Source: Octopus bimaculoides
Taxonomy: Eukaryota
Direction: 5' to 3'
DNA: 64,000 nucleotides
NCBI RefSeq assembly: GCF_001194135.2
Contig: NC_068993.1
Span: 36,764,259 to 36,828,258 of the forward strand
Position 1 is the first letter of the stretch. Each line of letters begins with the position of its first letter. Positions 1-11,780 of the stretch are shown one piece after another. Both the position numbers and the translations under genes were made by a program. The notes beneath the pieces were generated by a model. The model was not told the origin of the DNA and made no database searches. It saw nothing but the letters and a program-made list of their open reading frames with translations.

Positions 1-1095
1 TGGCAGAATCATTAGTGTGTCAGACAAAAGGCTTAGCGGTATTTTATCTGTCTTTATGTTCCGAGTTCAAATGCTGCCGAGCTTGACTTTGCCTTTCATG
101 CTTTCGGGTTGATAGAATGAGTACCAGTTGAGCACTGGGGTCAATGTAATCAACATGCACCCTCCCCCACAATTACTGGCCTTGTGCCCAAATTTGAAAC
201 CATTATTATTGTTATTGCTGTTAAGGTAACAAACTGGCAGAACAGTTAGCACATTGGACAAAGTGCTTAACAGCATTTCATCCGTCTTCATGCTCTGAGT
301 TCAAATTCTGCTGAGGTCAATTTTACCTTTCATCCTCTGAGGGTTTAAGATAAAATTAAGTAGCAGTTGAGTACTGGGATCGATGTAATCAACTATCCAC
401 CCTCCCCAAAATTTCAGGCCCTGTACCTATAGTAGAAGGAATTATTATTATTATTAAGGCAGCGACTGGCAGAATCATTAGCACATTGGACAAAATGCTT
501 AGCAGCATTTCTTGCAACTGTTCATATTCCAAGTTCAAATTCCATCAAGGTCAGCTTTGACTTTCATCCTTTCTGGGATCAATAAAATACAAAACCAGTC
601 AAAGTTGATTTAAACCCACTATTCCCCACCAACTGATTTCTGGCCATGCATCAATGTTAGAGAATGGACTGGTGGAATTATTTGACCACCAGACAAAAGA
701 CTATCCAATATTTCTTCCAACAAATTGAGATTTCAAATTCTGCAAAAGTCAACTTTTGCTGTACATCCTTTTGAGGGCCAATAAAATAAAGTACCAGTCA
801 TGTTCTGGGGTTGATGGCATTGATTAAATTCCTCCTCTCAAAACTGCTGGCCTAGTGCCTCAAGTAGAAATCATTATTAATATTTTATTTTTTTTGTTAA
901 GGTGGCGGGCTGGCAGAATTATTAAGCATGCCAAGCAAAATACTCAGCAGCAATTCATCCATTTTTATGTTCGGAGTTTAAGTTCTGCCAAGGTCAACTC
1001 AACCTTTCAGGGCCAATAAAATAAGTACCAGTTGAACACTAAGATCAACTTGCTCCCTTCTCCAAACTTACTGACCTTGTGCCAAAATTTGAAAC

Positions 1096-1144
<49 letters not shown>

Positions 1145-1146
1145 TT
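1..1146 (+). mobile_element. Head-to-tail array of about 5 copies of a ~210 bp SINE with (ATT)n tails
   Basis: Recurring tggcagaatc..ttagc..gagttcaaat..ctttcatcc..gtaccagttgag..ggccttgtgcc..(att)n units starting near 1, 233, 457, 666 and 899; A/B-box-like motifs. Confidence 0.8.
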
Positions 1147-1718
1147 NNNNNNNNNNNNNNNNNNNNNNNNNNNNNNNNNNNNNNNNNNNNNNNNNNNNNN
1201 NNNNNNNNNNNNNNNNNNNNNNNNNNNNNNNNNNNNNNNNNNNNNNNNNNNNNNNNNNNNNNNNNNNNNNNNNNNNNNNNNNNNNNNNNNNNNNNNNNNN
1301 NNNNNNNNNNNNNNNNNNNNNNNNNNNNNNNNNNNNNNNNNNNNNNNNNNNNNNNNNNNNNNNNNNNNNNNNNNNNNNNNNNNNNNNNNNNNNNNNNNNN
1401 NNNNNNNNNNNNNNNNNNNNNNNNNNNNNNNNNNNNNNNNNNNNNNNNNNNNNNNNNNNNNNNNNNNNNNNNNNNNNNNNNNNNNNNNNNNNNNNNNNNN
1501 NNNNNNNNNNNNNNNNNNNNNNNNNNNNNNNNNNNNNNNNNNNNNNNNNNNNNNNNNNNNNNNNNNNNNNNNNNNNNNNNNNNNNNNNNNNNNNNNNNNN
1601 NNNNNNNNNNNNNNNNNNNNNNNNNNNNNNNNNNNNNNNNNNNNNNNNNNNNNNNNNNNNNNNNNNNNNNNNNNNNNNNNNNNNNNNNNNNNNNNNNNNN
1701 NNNNNNNNNNNNNNNNNN

Positions 1719-1914
1719 CAGTACCGCCTGACTGGCCTTCGTGCCGGTGGCACGTAAAAGCACCCACTACTCTCTCGGATTGGTTGGCATTAGGAAGGGC
1801 ATCCAGCTGTAGAAACTCTGCCAAATCAGATTGGAGCCTGGTGTAGCCATCTAGTTCACCAGTCCTCAGTCAAATCATCCAACCCATGCTAGCATGGAAA
1901 GCAGACGTTAAATG

Positions 1915-1915
<1 letters not shown>
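1719..1915 (+). mobile_element. RTE-type LINE 3' tail
   Basis: gtaaaagcacccactactctctcgga..ggaagggcatccagctgtagaaac..cccatgctagcatggaaagcagacgttaaa; same tail follows the RT C-terminus at 17636 and 54636. Confidence 0.8.
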
Positions 1916-1949
<34 letters not shown>

Positions 1950-1955
1950 CATTAT

Positions 1956-2170
1956 AAGGTAGTAAGCTGGCAGAATCATTAGCATGTTAGGCAAAATGCT
2001 TAGTGGTATTTCATCCAGCTTTAAGTTCTGAATTCAAATGATATTAAGGCCAACATCCCCTTTCATCCTTTTGGGTCAATAAAATAAACACCAGTTGAGC
2101 ACTAGAGATTGATGTAATCTACTAACTCCCTTTTCTCAAAATTGCTGGCCTTGTGCCAAAAATTAGAAAG
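1956..2170 (+). mobile_element. SINE, same family as 1-1146
   Basis: aagctggcagaatcattagc...ctgaattcaaat...ggccttgtgcc, inserted after an (ATT)n run. Confidence 0.75.
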
Positions 2171-2513
2171 AATCAGCATCATCATCATCATTACTCGTAC
2201 TGTATCATAAACTCAGTTTCTGTATACATCTATAACAATCTATCATTCAACACTCCACTGGATTTATACTAATATTCAAATAAAATTTAACCCTTTTGTT
2301 ACTGTATTTCTGTTGAAATACACATTCCTTGTTTCCATTAATTTTGAAAATAATGAAGAATTTAGTAAAATAAAATAGTGTTTCAGACTAATACGAAACT
2401 TTAAAACCAAGAAGTTTGTGTCATAGAACCAAGTGCAGTCTTGGGCAAGTTGGTATGAAAAAGAATAGTTTTATAGCAAACACAAATGATAACTTGGCAC
2501 ACTGATATAATGG

Positions 2514-2830
2514 AACCAAGTTTCCAAAAAGAAAATTAGCAGTGCGACAGACCCAGAGTGTTATAAATTTTCTTGTTGATTAGCTTCCCATTGGCTCTCA
2601 TTAAACAAGACCTACTGACAAAAACATTCCAACTGTAACTATCATACCTTATTTATTTTTTTGTAGCTGATGTGTATGTAAGATGACTTAAACCAAGTTT
2701 CCAATAAGAAAATTAGTTTACAGTGCGACAGACCCAGAGTGCCATAAATTTTCTTGTTGATTAGCTCCACATTGGCTCTCATTGAACAAGACCTGACAAA
2801 AGCATTCCAACTGTGACCATCATGTCTTAT
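2514..2830. repeat. Direct duplication of a ~150 bp unit
   Basis: aaccaagtttccaa..gaaaattag..cagtgcgacagacccagagtg..aaattttcttgttgattagct..attggctctcatt..aacaagacct..cattccaactgt occurs near 2514 and 2691. Confidence 0.85.
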
Positions 2831-3245
2831 CTATTTATATATATTTTGTAGCTTAAGATGACATAATCCAATGCTATTCTTTCTTCTCTTGGAGTAGCAT
2901 GCGATTTGAAGATGATTTGATTGCTACTTTTAGTAGGTCAAATAATGACATACAGTTTCTGATACCCTAAATTCCAAACTGTTCGTTTCAATTTCAGTTA
3001 AGAAACTGAGTCCAGAATCTGAGATTTCAATTGCAGGACCAGTTGATAGCAGAAATTCCTATGTAAAATGTTTCCTATCACTAAACATGATTCTAAACCC
3101 AACTGAAAGGCAAAGCATCAACCTTTTGATGCATCATGTCAAGTAATCTTTTATACACATAAGAGATACCCATACAACTTTATTATCATATATACTCACC
3201 ACTGGTGAGATATAAAATATAGGATTTCAATACAACTAAACGCAG

Positions 3246-3291
<46 letters not shown>

Positions 3292-3384
3292 GAAGACCTG
3301 CCCATCACAACAGAATTGAGATCCTAAAACCAAGTTGCCACATAAGTATTGGGGTAGATATTGGTGCAATGTAAAAAGCACTCA

Positions 3385-3543
3385 AAACACTCTTTTAAGT
3401 GGTTGGTGTTAGGAAGGGCATCCAGCTGTAGAAACTAACCCAAAACAGACTATAGAACCTGATGTGGCCCCCTGGCTTTGTCAGTTTCTGTCAAGCCGTT
3501 CAACCCCCGTCAGCATGGAATGTAGATGTTAAATGATGATGAT
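3385..3543 (+). mobile_element. RTE-type 3' tail
   Basis: ggttggtgttaggaagggcatccagctgtagaaac...cagcatggaatgtagatgttaaatgatgatgat. Confidence 0.7.
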
Positions 3544-5789
3544 ATCACTTACAAGACATTACATGAACTCACATATAAATATCAGAATGTGTACTTAACT
3601 CTTTAGTCACCATATTTCTGTCGAAATACATGGCTTTTAATTCAATTATTAAAATAATGAACTTATTCAAATAACTTTGTCATTATTATCATATTTTCTA
3701 GCAATCAAGTGTAATTTTTCAGACCAAAATTTATAGTCAAAAGGGGTAGGTCAACTTATACACCAAGATTAACTTTTGAAGACTTAAAATTCCATGTGAA
3801 ATACAGCAGGATTAGGAAAGAATAACGATGAGGTCTGAATGTTCACACTACATATTTACATTATATACAACATCAAATTGTTTGCTGGATAATACAATAA
3901 GCTGGTATTTAGAACATAAATTAACATGAAATTTTTATGGATGATCTTAATTTAGATCCCTTTAAAACAAATGGTTTTAAATAGGTTTGTGTCAAAAGGG
4001 TTTAAATAAAGTATTTGCTATTTATTTTCACTTCATAAAAGTGGAAAATAGCTACAAGTCTAACCTTATGATGATAAAATGCATAGCACAATTATTAAAA
4101 TCTGGCTGTACAAACACAGACACCAAACAACCTGGAAAATAGAGACTGGAAGTATATTTATATGGTCAAATGAGCAGACACACCCTTCTCTAAAATGACA
4201 ACTATAGGTTTTAAGTATCACAAAACAACTCATTTAAAAGCACTAACAAAGGTTACCATGTTTACTTGTATAAAAGTTGCACCTTCCAATGCAATGTTAA
4301 ATTTTGGTACAAATTTTTTTTTTCTTTCATAGTTTCATCTTTGCCCTGTGTATAAGCTGTAGCCCAGTTTTTCCCAGTTAAAAATCAAGCATAAATTAGT
4401 ATGACTTATACAGGAGTGTATATATGGTAATTCTCAACACTGGTGATGATGACGATGATAATAACAAAGACAAAAACAACAACAACAGTAATTCATGTAA
4501 CTATTTCTCTTTAACAAATAGATATATCAAAACTTTGTGCCAGGATGGAAAACTGCATGTAAAAAAAAAACAAACAAACAATCAAAATAACGAATTACTG
4601 ATAATTAAACATAAATTATCCTTCTATACTTTGTAGTGTGGGTGAGATCGTTGTGAAGATTGTAGTGTAACAACAGATACTTGCACTAAACAGATTTTGA
4701 AATGCCGTTGATTTCACAGACTAATGGATGTAAAATTATTAGATTAAATATAAAAGAGAGTATAAAGAAATCGGTAACAAAAAATTATAAGTCATATCAA
4801 TAAAAGAGGAGAAAACACTAGTACGTTTGCAGCAGCTATTCTAGAAGATATGCTATAAAAGAATATACTCATGAAATAGATAATGCCATTGGATATTAGA
4901 AAACAGTATCCTGGTACATAAATAATATTTATGCAAATGCAGATGTGTATGTGTGTGTGTGTATGCGTACATACATTTTAGTTTTTCTATAATTCTGCTT
5001 TGCCATAGCAGAACCAATAAACCAGCAGTTAGAAATCAATGTATGTATAATAATGCACAACAATACACACATATTCATACATGTAGACAGATAGAAGGAT
5101 AGATAAGAGGACTTTTATTGACAACTACAATCTGCTTGCTCCCATGGGTTAGAAGTCTTGGCATTAGTCCAGTGACAGATGCTACATCGCACTGACCCAA
5201 CTGACCAATGGCGACTGAAATATCCCAAAGCCGGATGTTGGCTTTGAATTACAGAAGGAGCAAAAAACAACAAACAACTAACTGGAGTTGGGGGGGAGGA
5301 AAAGATCAATAATAACTTTGAAGTTTTGCTAACCATTAGCTTTGTCTATCTGATGAAGAAGTCAATAATCAGCAAAAATTCAATGTAACTGTCAACTGTT
5401 TCTTTGTAATGATGCACTGAGTGATCTTTTATACATAAAAACAAGAGTGTTTGTGCACGTTCGTGTACACACACAAACACACACACATGCATGAGTGTTA
5501 ATGTATCTCATTATATTGTTATACATAAAAAAATATTCAGAAAGGACAAAATATATATAAGTAGAGTATAGAATATATTTTTACAAAGAAAAGCTTAATA
5601 GGTACTTTGAAGTTTTCAGCAATCTCTGGTTTCTTCAGGCAGACTGGTGCAACTTTGCAGTAACTAGGAAAGTTTCCTTTGTAAATACCCCACCATACAC
5701 ACACATATACATACATATTACATAGACACCTCAGACACATAGATAGATAGACATACATACTTATAGAAAAATATACTATTATCATCACT

Positions 5790-6010
5790 GTTTTAACATT
5801 CAATTTTCGGTGCCTGTGTGGGTCAGATGAAATTCATTGAGGGAGATTTTCCACAGCTTAATGCTCTTTCTGTTGCAAAACCTCACCTGTTGCAAGGTAA
5901 TATTTCCCCTAGTCCTTTCAACATGAACAACACAATGACTGGACCTGTTTTTCACAAAGATTGCAAACAAACAGCACTGCTTTTATGGCAGCAATGTTTC
6001 TTTACAACAA
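5790..6010 (-). mobile_element. Short non-autonomous element carrying an RTE-like tail
   Basis: ttttaacatt..gggtcagatgaaattcattgagggagattttc..cctcacctgttgcaaggtaatatttcccc; related copies near 11830, 15655, 40050, 45795, 57540 and 62330. Confidence 0.6.
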
Positions 6011-6789
6011 GTTTGTCAAGACAAGTATGAAGACACACACACAGAGAAAAGAGCTTTTTCAGTTCCCATCTACTAAGGTTTTGGTAGACCTGAGTTATAG
6101 CAGAACTCACTTGCCATTGCTGGAGGATACATATTTGCTGATGAAGGTTCCAACACATATATATTTAAAACAACAACACACACACACAAAGATGAGAACT
6201 ATTGCTTTGAAATTTGCAGCTCTTCTACCCTGATTATGAATTCATTATTATACCAGTAATTATTGGTGCACTTTGGCTTTGTAACTAAATGTTTAATTGA
6301 CACACTCAGAATGCTGGGGTGTTCAGGCAAGGAAAGTGACTAGTTAATACACACTCTACAAATAACTTGTAGGTGGAACAGTGAAAATATGCAAGACTTG
6401 TCTGAAGTTCAACATGTAACACTTGTAATTCAAATTCCAGTGATTGAGCTCTGTTTCTCTGTCAGAAACCATCTCCTTCCTTGTAATTAAAATTCCAATA
6501 ATTAAAGAACACACTCACACACACACATACCCTCATCTCTTAGCATAAAGCCCCACTACCCTTGGTGCACATTGTCATGGAAGCTGTATGGCAATCTCAC
6601 CAGTGCTGATGGCATGAAAGGGCATCCAGCCATAGAAACCATGCCAATGTAGACAATGAGACATAATGCAGTCCCTCAATCCACTGGATGCTGTCCAACC
6701 CATGCCAGCATGCAACATGGATGTTTAAAAAATGATGATGTATGAGATAAAACAACAAACTGGATCTGAGCCAACAATGCAAATGCATA

Positions 6790-6791
6790 TG

Positions 6792-6843
<52 letters not shown>
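6790..6843. repeat. (TA)n microsatellite at a gap edge
   Basis: Representative of (TA)n runs at 3247, 7755, 22155, 31650, 35573, 40790 and 47870, and of (ATT)n at 1096 and 1915. Confidence 0.95.
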
Positions 6844-7511
6844 NNNNNNNNNNNNNNNNNNNNNNNNNNNNNNNNNNNNNNNNNNNNNNNNNNNNNNNNN
6901 NNNNNNNNNNNNNNNNNNNNNNNNNNNNNNNNNNNNNNNNNNNNNNNNNNNNNNNNNNNNNNNNNNNNNNNNNNNNNNNNNNNNNNNNNNNNNNNNNNNN
7001 NNNNNNNNNNNNNNNNNNNNNNNNNNNNNNNNNNNNNNNNNNNNNNNNNNNNNNNNNNNNNNNNNNNNNNNNNNNNNNNNNNNNNNNNNNNNNNNNNNNN
7101 NNNNNNNNNNNNNNNNNNNNNNNNNNNNNNNNNNNNNNNNNNNNNNNNNNNNNNNNNNNNNNNNNNNNNNNNNNNNNNNNNNNNNNNNNNNNNNNNNNNN
7201 NNNNNNNNNNNNNNNNNNNNNNNNNNNNNNNNNNNNNNNNNNNNNNNNNNNNNNNNNNNNNNNNNNNNNNNNNNNNNNNNNNNNNNNNNNNNNNNNNNNN
7301 NNNNNNNNNNNNNNNNNNNNNNNNNNNNNNNNNNNNNNNNNNNNNNNNNNNNNNNNNNNNNNNNNNNNNNNNNNNNNNNNNNNNNNNNNNNNNNNNNNNN
7401 NNNNNNNNNNNNNNNNNNNNNNNNNNNNNNNNNNNNNNNNNNNNNNNNNNNNNNNNNNNNNNNNNNNNNNNNNNNNNNNNNNNNNNNNNNNNNNNNNNNN
7501 NNNNNNNNNNN

Positions 7512-7754
7512 ACGGGTTCCCTCAACTGTTAGGGTGTGGCACTTTTTCACACAGCTATCCTCATCCATTCTCACCACATGTCCATACCAGCGCAATCGTC
7601 TCTCTTGCACACCACAACTGATGCTTCTAATGTTCAGCTTTTCTCTCAAGATACTTACACTCTGACGGGTATTCACATTGACATTACACATCCAACGGAG
7701 CATACTGGCTTCATTCCTTGCGAGCTTACGTATGTCCTCAGCAGTTACAGCCCA
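7512..7754 (-). mobile_element. RTE-clade LINE reverse transcriptase C-terminal fragment (5'-truncated, runs into gap)
   Basis: Uninterrupted WAVTAEDIRKLARNEASMLRWMCNV...LREKL...ERRLRWYGHVVRMDEDSCVKKCHTLTVEGTR. RLRWYGHV and MLRW are typical RTE motifs. 5' end sits in (TA)n. Confidence 0.9.
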
Positions 7755-9044
7755 TATATATATATATATATATATATACATTTATGTACATATATGCATG
7801 TAAAATTTATCCCCACCCCCACCTCAAATTTTGGTGGGTTTAAGCTGCTTTTGAAAATTTTTTTGAATTCAATCTTTAAAATATGGAGATTATGATTCTG
7901 AAAGAAAATTGTTTACAAATTATCAATTTTCTAAAATTTATACCTCCACCCTCCCAGCTTTCAGAATAACCNNNNNNNNNNNNNNNNNNNNNNNNNNNNN
8001 NNNNNNNNNNNNNNNNNNNNNNNNNNNNNNNNNNNNNNNNNNNNNNNNNNNNNNNNNNNNNNNNNNNNNNNGAGGATGCATTATTTGAGAGAAAGTTGGC
8101 TGTTATTTCTTGCATGCCAAAATATATATATATATATCTATGATTCATGTTTTGGAGATATTTTATTCTACTTGTCAATTATCTTGAGAATAAACTATGA
8201 ATTTCCCAACTTGCTTAAACAAACAGATATCTTGTTTAGAGATTTGACTGTGGCCAACAGTTTAAAGATATAATATCAGGAACCTAATCCTTGTCTCATC
8301 AATTTCAATGGTACCCCCAACAAAAGTGCTGAATATGAGCAAGGTTTGAAAGGTCAGGGGAATTAAGCACCCTACATGGAAAAAGAGGTTGTAAACTGGA
8401 ATCCAGCTAGAGAACATTTCTGTAACAAACCTTATCCAACCCATACCAGCATGAAAAAGCAGATGTAAAAACAATAATAATGAACTGAAATTACTAACAC
8501 TACACTGAAAGACAGATTACATTATAAGCATCATCTTTGATCTGGAAATAAAACTCTCTTCCTCTCTTTCTCATGTGCCATGCCTGTTTCAAGGCATCAG
8601 CTACCATGGACCTCCAACCAGAGCCTGAAGATTCATGAGTTTTTTGGGGGAAAGAAACAGCAGTTGCTTCTTGTTGCATTCTGCTAGTTTATTTACTCTG
8701 ATAGTCAACGTGGCCTTAAGCTTATCCTTGAGGTACAGAGTATATTTAACTTTTAAGCAAAGAGGATTAGTTGATATGACATCAGGGTATGTCCACCACG
8801 ACTAGGCCTGTGTGACTTGCTTAGGAGCCAATCCTTCTCCCAGTCCTGTATGCCTTAGCTATAGCACCATCTTCCACTATTTGAGTCGCAACTAGGGCCC
8901 TTGACAGGTACTCTCATCTTGAGTCGGAGTAGACCTGAAAATAGTGGTGACTAAATGCTCCTCCTAACTCCTGAACTTCCAAGCTGGAGCTTCACCACTG
9001 GATACCATTTAATGTCTCACCTCCTCTTCATCATCATCATTTTA

Positions 9045-9264
9045 CCCTTTAGCATTTAAATCGGCTATATCCAGCCCCAATGTTCTATCTGTTTTATATT
9101 CAAGCCAATCAGATCTGGCCTTTCACACCCATCCAACAATGTCATTTTAAATCTAAACAATCACATCATTGAAATCTCGAAACTACGAGATAATGCAAGA
9201 TTAATTTAAAACAATGTGAATAAATAAGCACAACATTTGACAAAATAATCTGAATGCTAAAGGG
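9045..9264. mobile_element. piggyBac-like MITE
   Basis: TIRs CCCTTTAGCATT...AATGCTAAAGGG, flanked by ttta/TTAA. Confidence 0.8.
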
Positions 9265-9564
9265 TTAATGTCCATGATGACATTGGTTAGATGGTTTGTC
9301 AGGAACCGGTGAGCCAGAAGACTGTACCAAGCTCTACTGTCTGCTTTGCAATGGCTTCTATAACTGGATGCCCTTCCTAGTGCCAATCACTTTACAGAGT
9401 GTATTCAGTATTTTTTTATGTGATGCCAGCACCAGCAATGAAAAAAACTTATTTTGGAATTTACTTGAAATTCCATTGCTTTTTTTAATCTTTAACAGAC
9501 ACTATTTATTTAAAAAAAAAAAAAATTGTAAAGTCACTTGCTTGAGTTATACCAACTCCGAAGG

Positions 9565-9771
9565 GCCAGTTTCCTGGTTTCATGGTGAATATATTCCCTC
9601 ACCTGGATGGGATGCCAGTCCATTGCAGGATTACTCATTTTTGCCAGCTGAGTGTACTGGAACAATGTGAAATGTATTTTGCTCCAGAACACATTGCCTG
9701 GTCCAGGAATCGAAACCACAATCTTACAGACATGAGTCCAACACCCTAACAGCTAAGCCACGCACTTCCAC
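9565..9771 (-). mobile_element. tRNA-derived SINE
   Basis: Minus strand begins gtggaagtgcgtggcttagctgttagggtgttggactc...ggtttcgattcctgg (A and B boxes); related copies at 30420-30770 and 58745-59070. Confidence 0.75.
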
Positions 9772-10204
9772 TTTATTTATTAACTTAAACATCAAATAAT
9801 TTTGACATTCCAATTTAAACAGTAAACTGATATTTTGCAAAAATATATTTTGAAGATAAATTTCAATTACATTTATTATCAATATGATGCTATTTAACTC
9901 TACCTCCATCTTGACTGAAGATATTCCAGCCATGACCACCATGTTAAGGGTTATGTCTAGGAACTCATTATCTAGTGTTCATTCCTTATTTAAGATAGTA
10001 GAGTGAGGGATTTTTTAGCAAGATTTAACTGCTATTTCTAGTACAATAAGTGACTACATAGACCTCTGGCAGAATCCTACAGGCATGGCAGTGAACTTTA
10101 CTGATTCCATTAAGTGTTTATTATTTTCTACAGCTCCAAGCATTCATCTAGTCACATTGACAATACAGAAATGATTGAGTCATATAATGTGACTTTTATT
10201 CTCT

Positions 10205-10545
10205 TACTCGTTTCAGTCATTGGCCATGCTGGGGCACCACCTTGAAAGTTTTGGTTGATCAAAGATGGTTTGTACTTAATCCACTAGTTTTTTTTTAATT
10301 TATATATGCCAAACTGCTAAGTTACAGGAATGTAAACAAACCTACATTGATTGTCATGCAGTGAGAGGCAAACTGAAATACACACACACAAATATGTGCA
10401 ACAGGCTTTCATACATTTTCCATTTACCAAATTCACTTAATAAAGCAATGGTTAGCCCAGGGTCATAGTGCGGTGTGTAGTAGGACTGAACTCGGAATCA
10501 CATGGTTTTGAAGTGATCTCCCAAACAACACAGCCATGTCTATGC
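10205..10545 (-). mobile_element. Long tRNA-derived SINE (diverged)
   Basis: Reverse complement of the 46096-46480 family: ttcagtcattggccatgctggggcaccacc...ggactgaactc..cacagcca. Confidence 0.65.
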
Positions 10546-11019
10546 ATAATATAGGCAGTGGTCAGTTGATAGCTAACACCTATCAGACTGCAATATTTGT
10601 AATATTTTATAATGTATCAAGTCTCTATTTAATCCAACAGCTCACAAAGTACATCAGAAGAGTCCCCCAAAACAATGAATCAACCTCAATGTGGTCCTAG
10701 ACTTCCTAGAAATAACAACAATTGTCTATCCAATTTTATCCCATGTTAACAACAAAAAAAAGTGTGTGTGTGTGGGGGGGTATATAGGATAATGTAGTCC
10801 TTGAGACATTATGTCAGAATAAAAAGATGGATGGGCATGGCCAGAATACCTTTGACCATACAGTTGCTTAAAGTGAACATATGGTTAAGTAAACATACTA
10901 TTTGAAACGATACCCACAAGGATGATTAATAAAGCTATGCTGAGTGATATTTTTCTCCCATAATATTCTGTCTTTTTTTCAACCCCTCTCTCTGTTTCAC
11001 TTTCTTTAATTGCTCTCTC

Positions 11020-11355
11020 TTCTAGTCTCCCTCTTGGATTATGCGGCCTTCAATGAACAAAGGCATGCTGGCTGGCGAAGTGAGAACTCTTTTGCTTTGC
11101 AAGTAACAAGATGACTTTGTTAGGACTGAGACTGTGATAAGATACACCCAGTATCTTCTGCAATGTAGAAGGCAAATAAATGGAGACGATACAGGATTGA
11201 GAGGATCTTTTAGGCTTGTCGAGAATAACAACCTTACAAATACTGGTGATAAGTTGAAGTAGTACACTAAAGCAGTAGGTGGTAATAGGGTCTACTAACC
11301 ATAGAGACCATACCAAAAAAAGTAAAACATATGAGATCAGTTTTTGATCCATCAA
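11020..11355 (-). mobile_element. Ancient LINE RT remnant (possibly CR1/L2-like)
   Basis: ORF 11050-11355 contains STLQKILGVSYHSLSPNKVILLLAK, resembling the LxILGV..LSW..HI..LAK RT thumb region. Heavily decayed. Confidence 0.3.
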
Positions 11356-11519
11356 GGGAGATAGAAACTCTAAATTAGAACCTACTTGTAGTGTAGTAAC
11401 CCATCAAATACATGATGCCATGGAAAGCAGACATCAAATGATGAGGATGAAGGAACAAATTGATCATAATAAATGTGAAAAAAAAAAAGGTTTTTTTTTT
11501 ATCACAATAATTAGAATTT

Positions 11520-11780
11520 AAAAGATTTGGTAGACAGAAACTGAAAGAAGCCCATCGTATATGTGTGTGTGTCTGTGTTTGTTCCCTCGCCATTGCTTGA
11601 CAGCCAATGTTGGTGTGTTTATGTCCTTGTAATTTAAGGGTTTGGCAAAAGAGACTGACAGAATAAGTACTTGGCTTACAAAGAATAAGTCCTGGGATCA
11701 ATATTTTCGACTAAAACTCTCTAAAGCAGTGCTCCAGCATGACCACAAAAATGACTGAAACACGTAAAAGAATAAAAGAA
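11520..11780 (+). mobile_element. Long tRNA-derived SINE, 3' portion
   Basis: tttggtagacagaaactgaaagaagccc..(GT)n..gaataagtac..cagcatgacc..gactgaaac. Confidence 0.75.

Noticed and set aside
1007-1846. Long ORFs of 200-390 aa here and at 6597-7781, 34869-35663, 46992-48026 and 60388-60702
   Set aside because: They are open only because they cross N-gaps and (TA)n/(ATT)n runs. Only the RTE fragment at 7512-7754 is real coding-derived sequence.
6135-6185. CTGATGAAG hammerhead-like half core (also at about 5350 and 54066)
   Set aside because: No stem II or downstream GAAA, so the ribozyme core cannot be completed.
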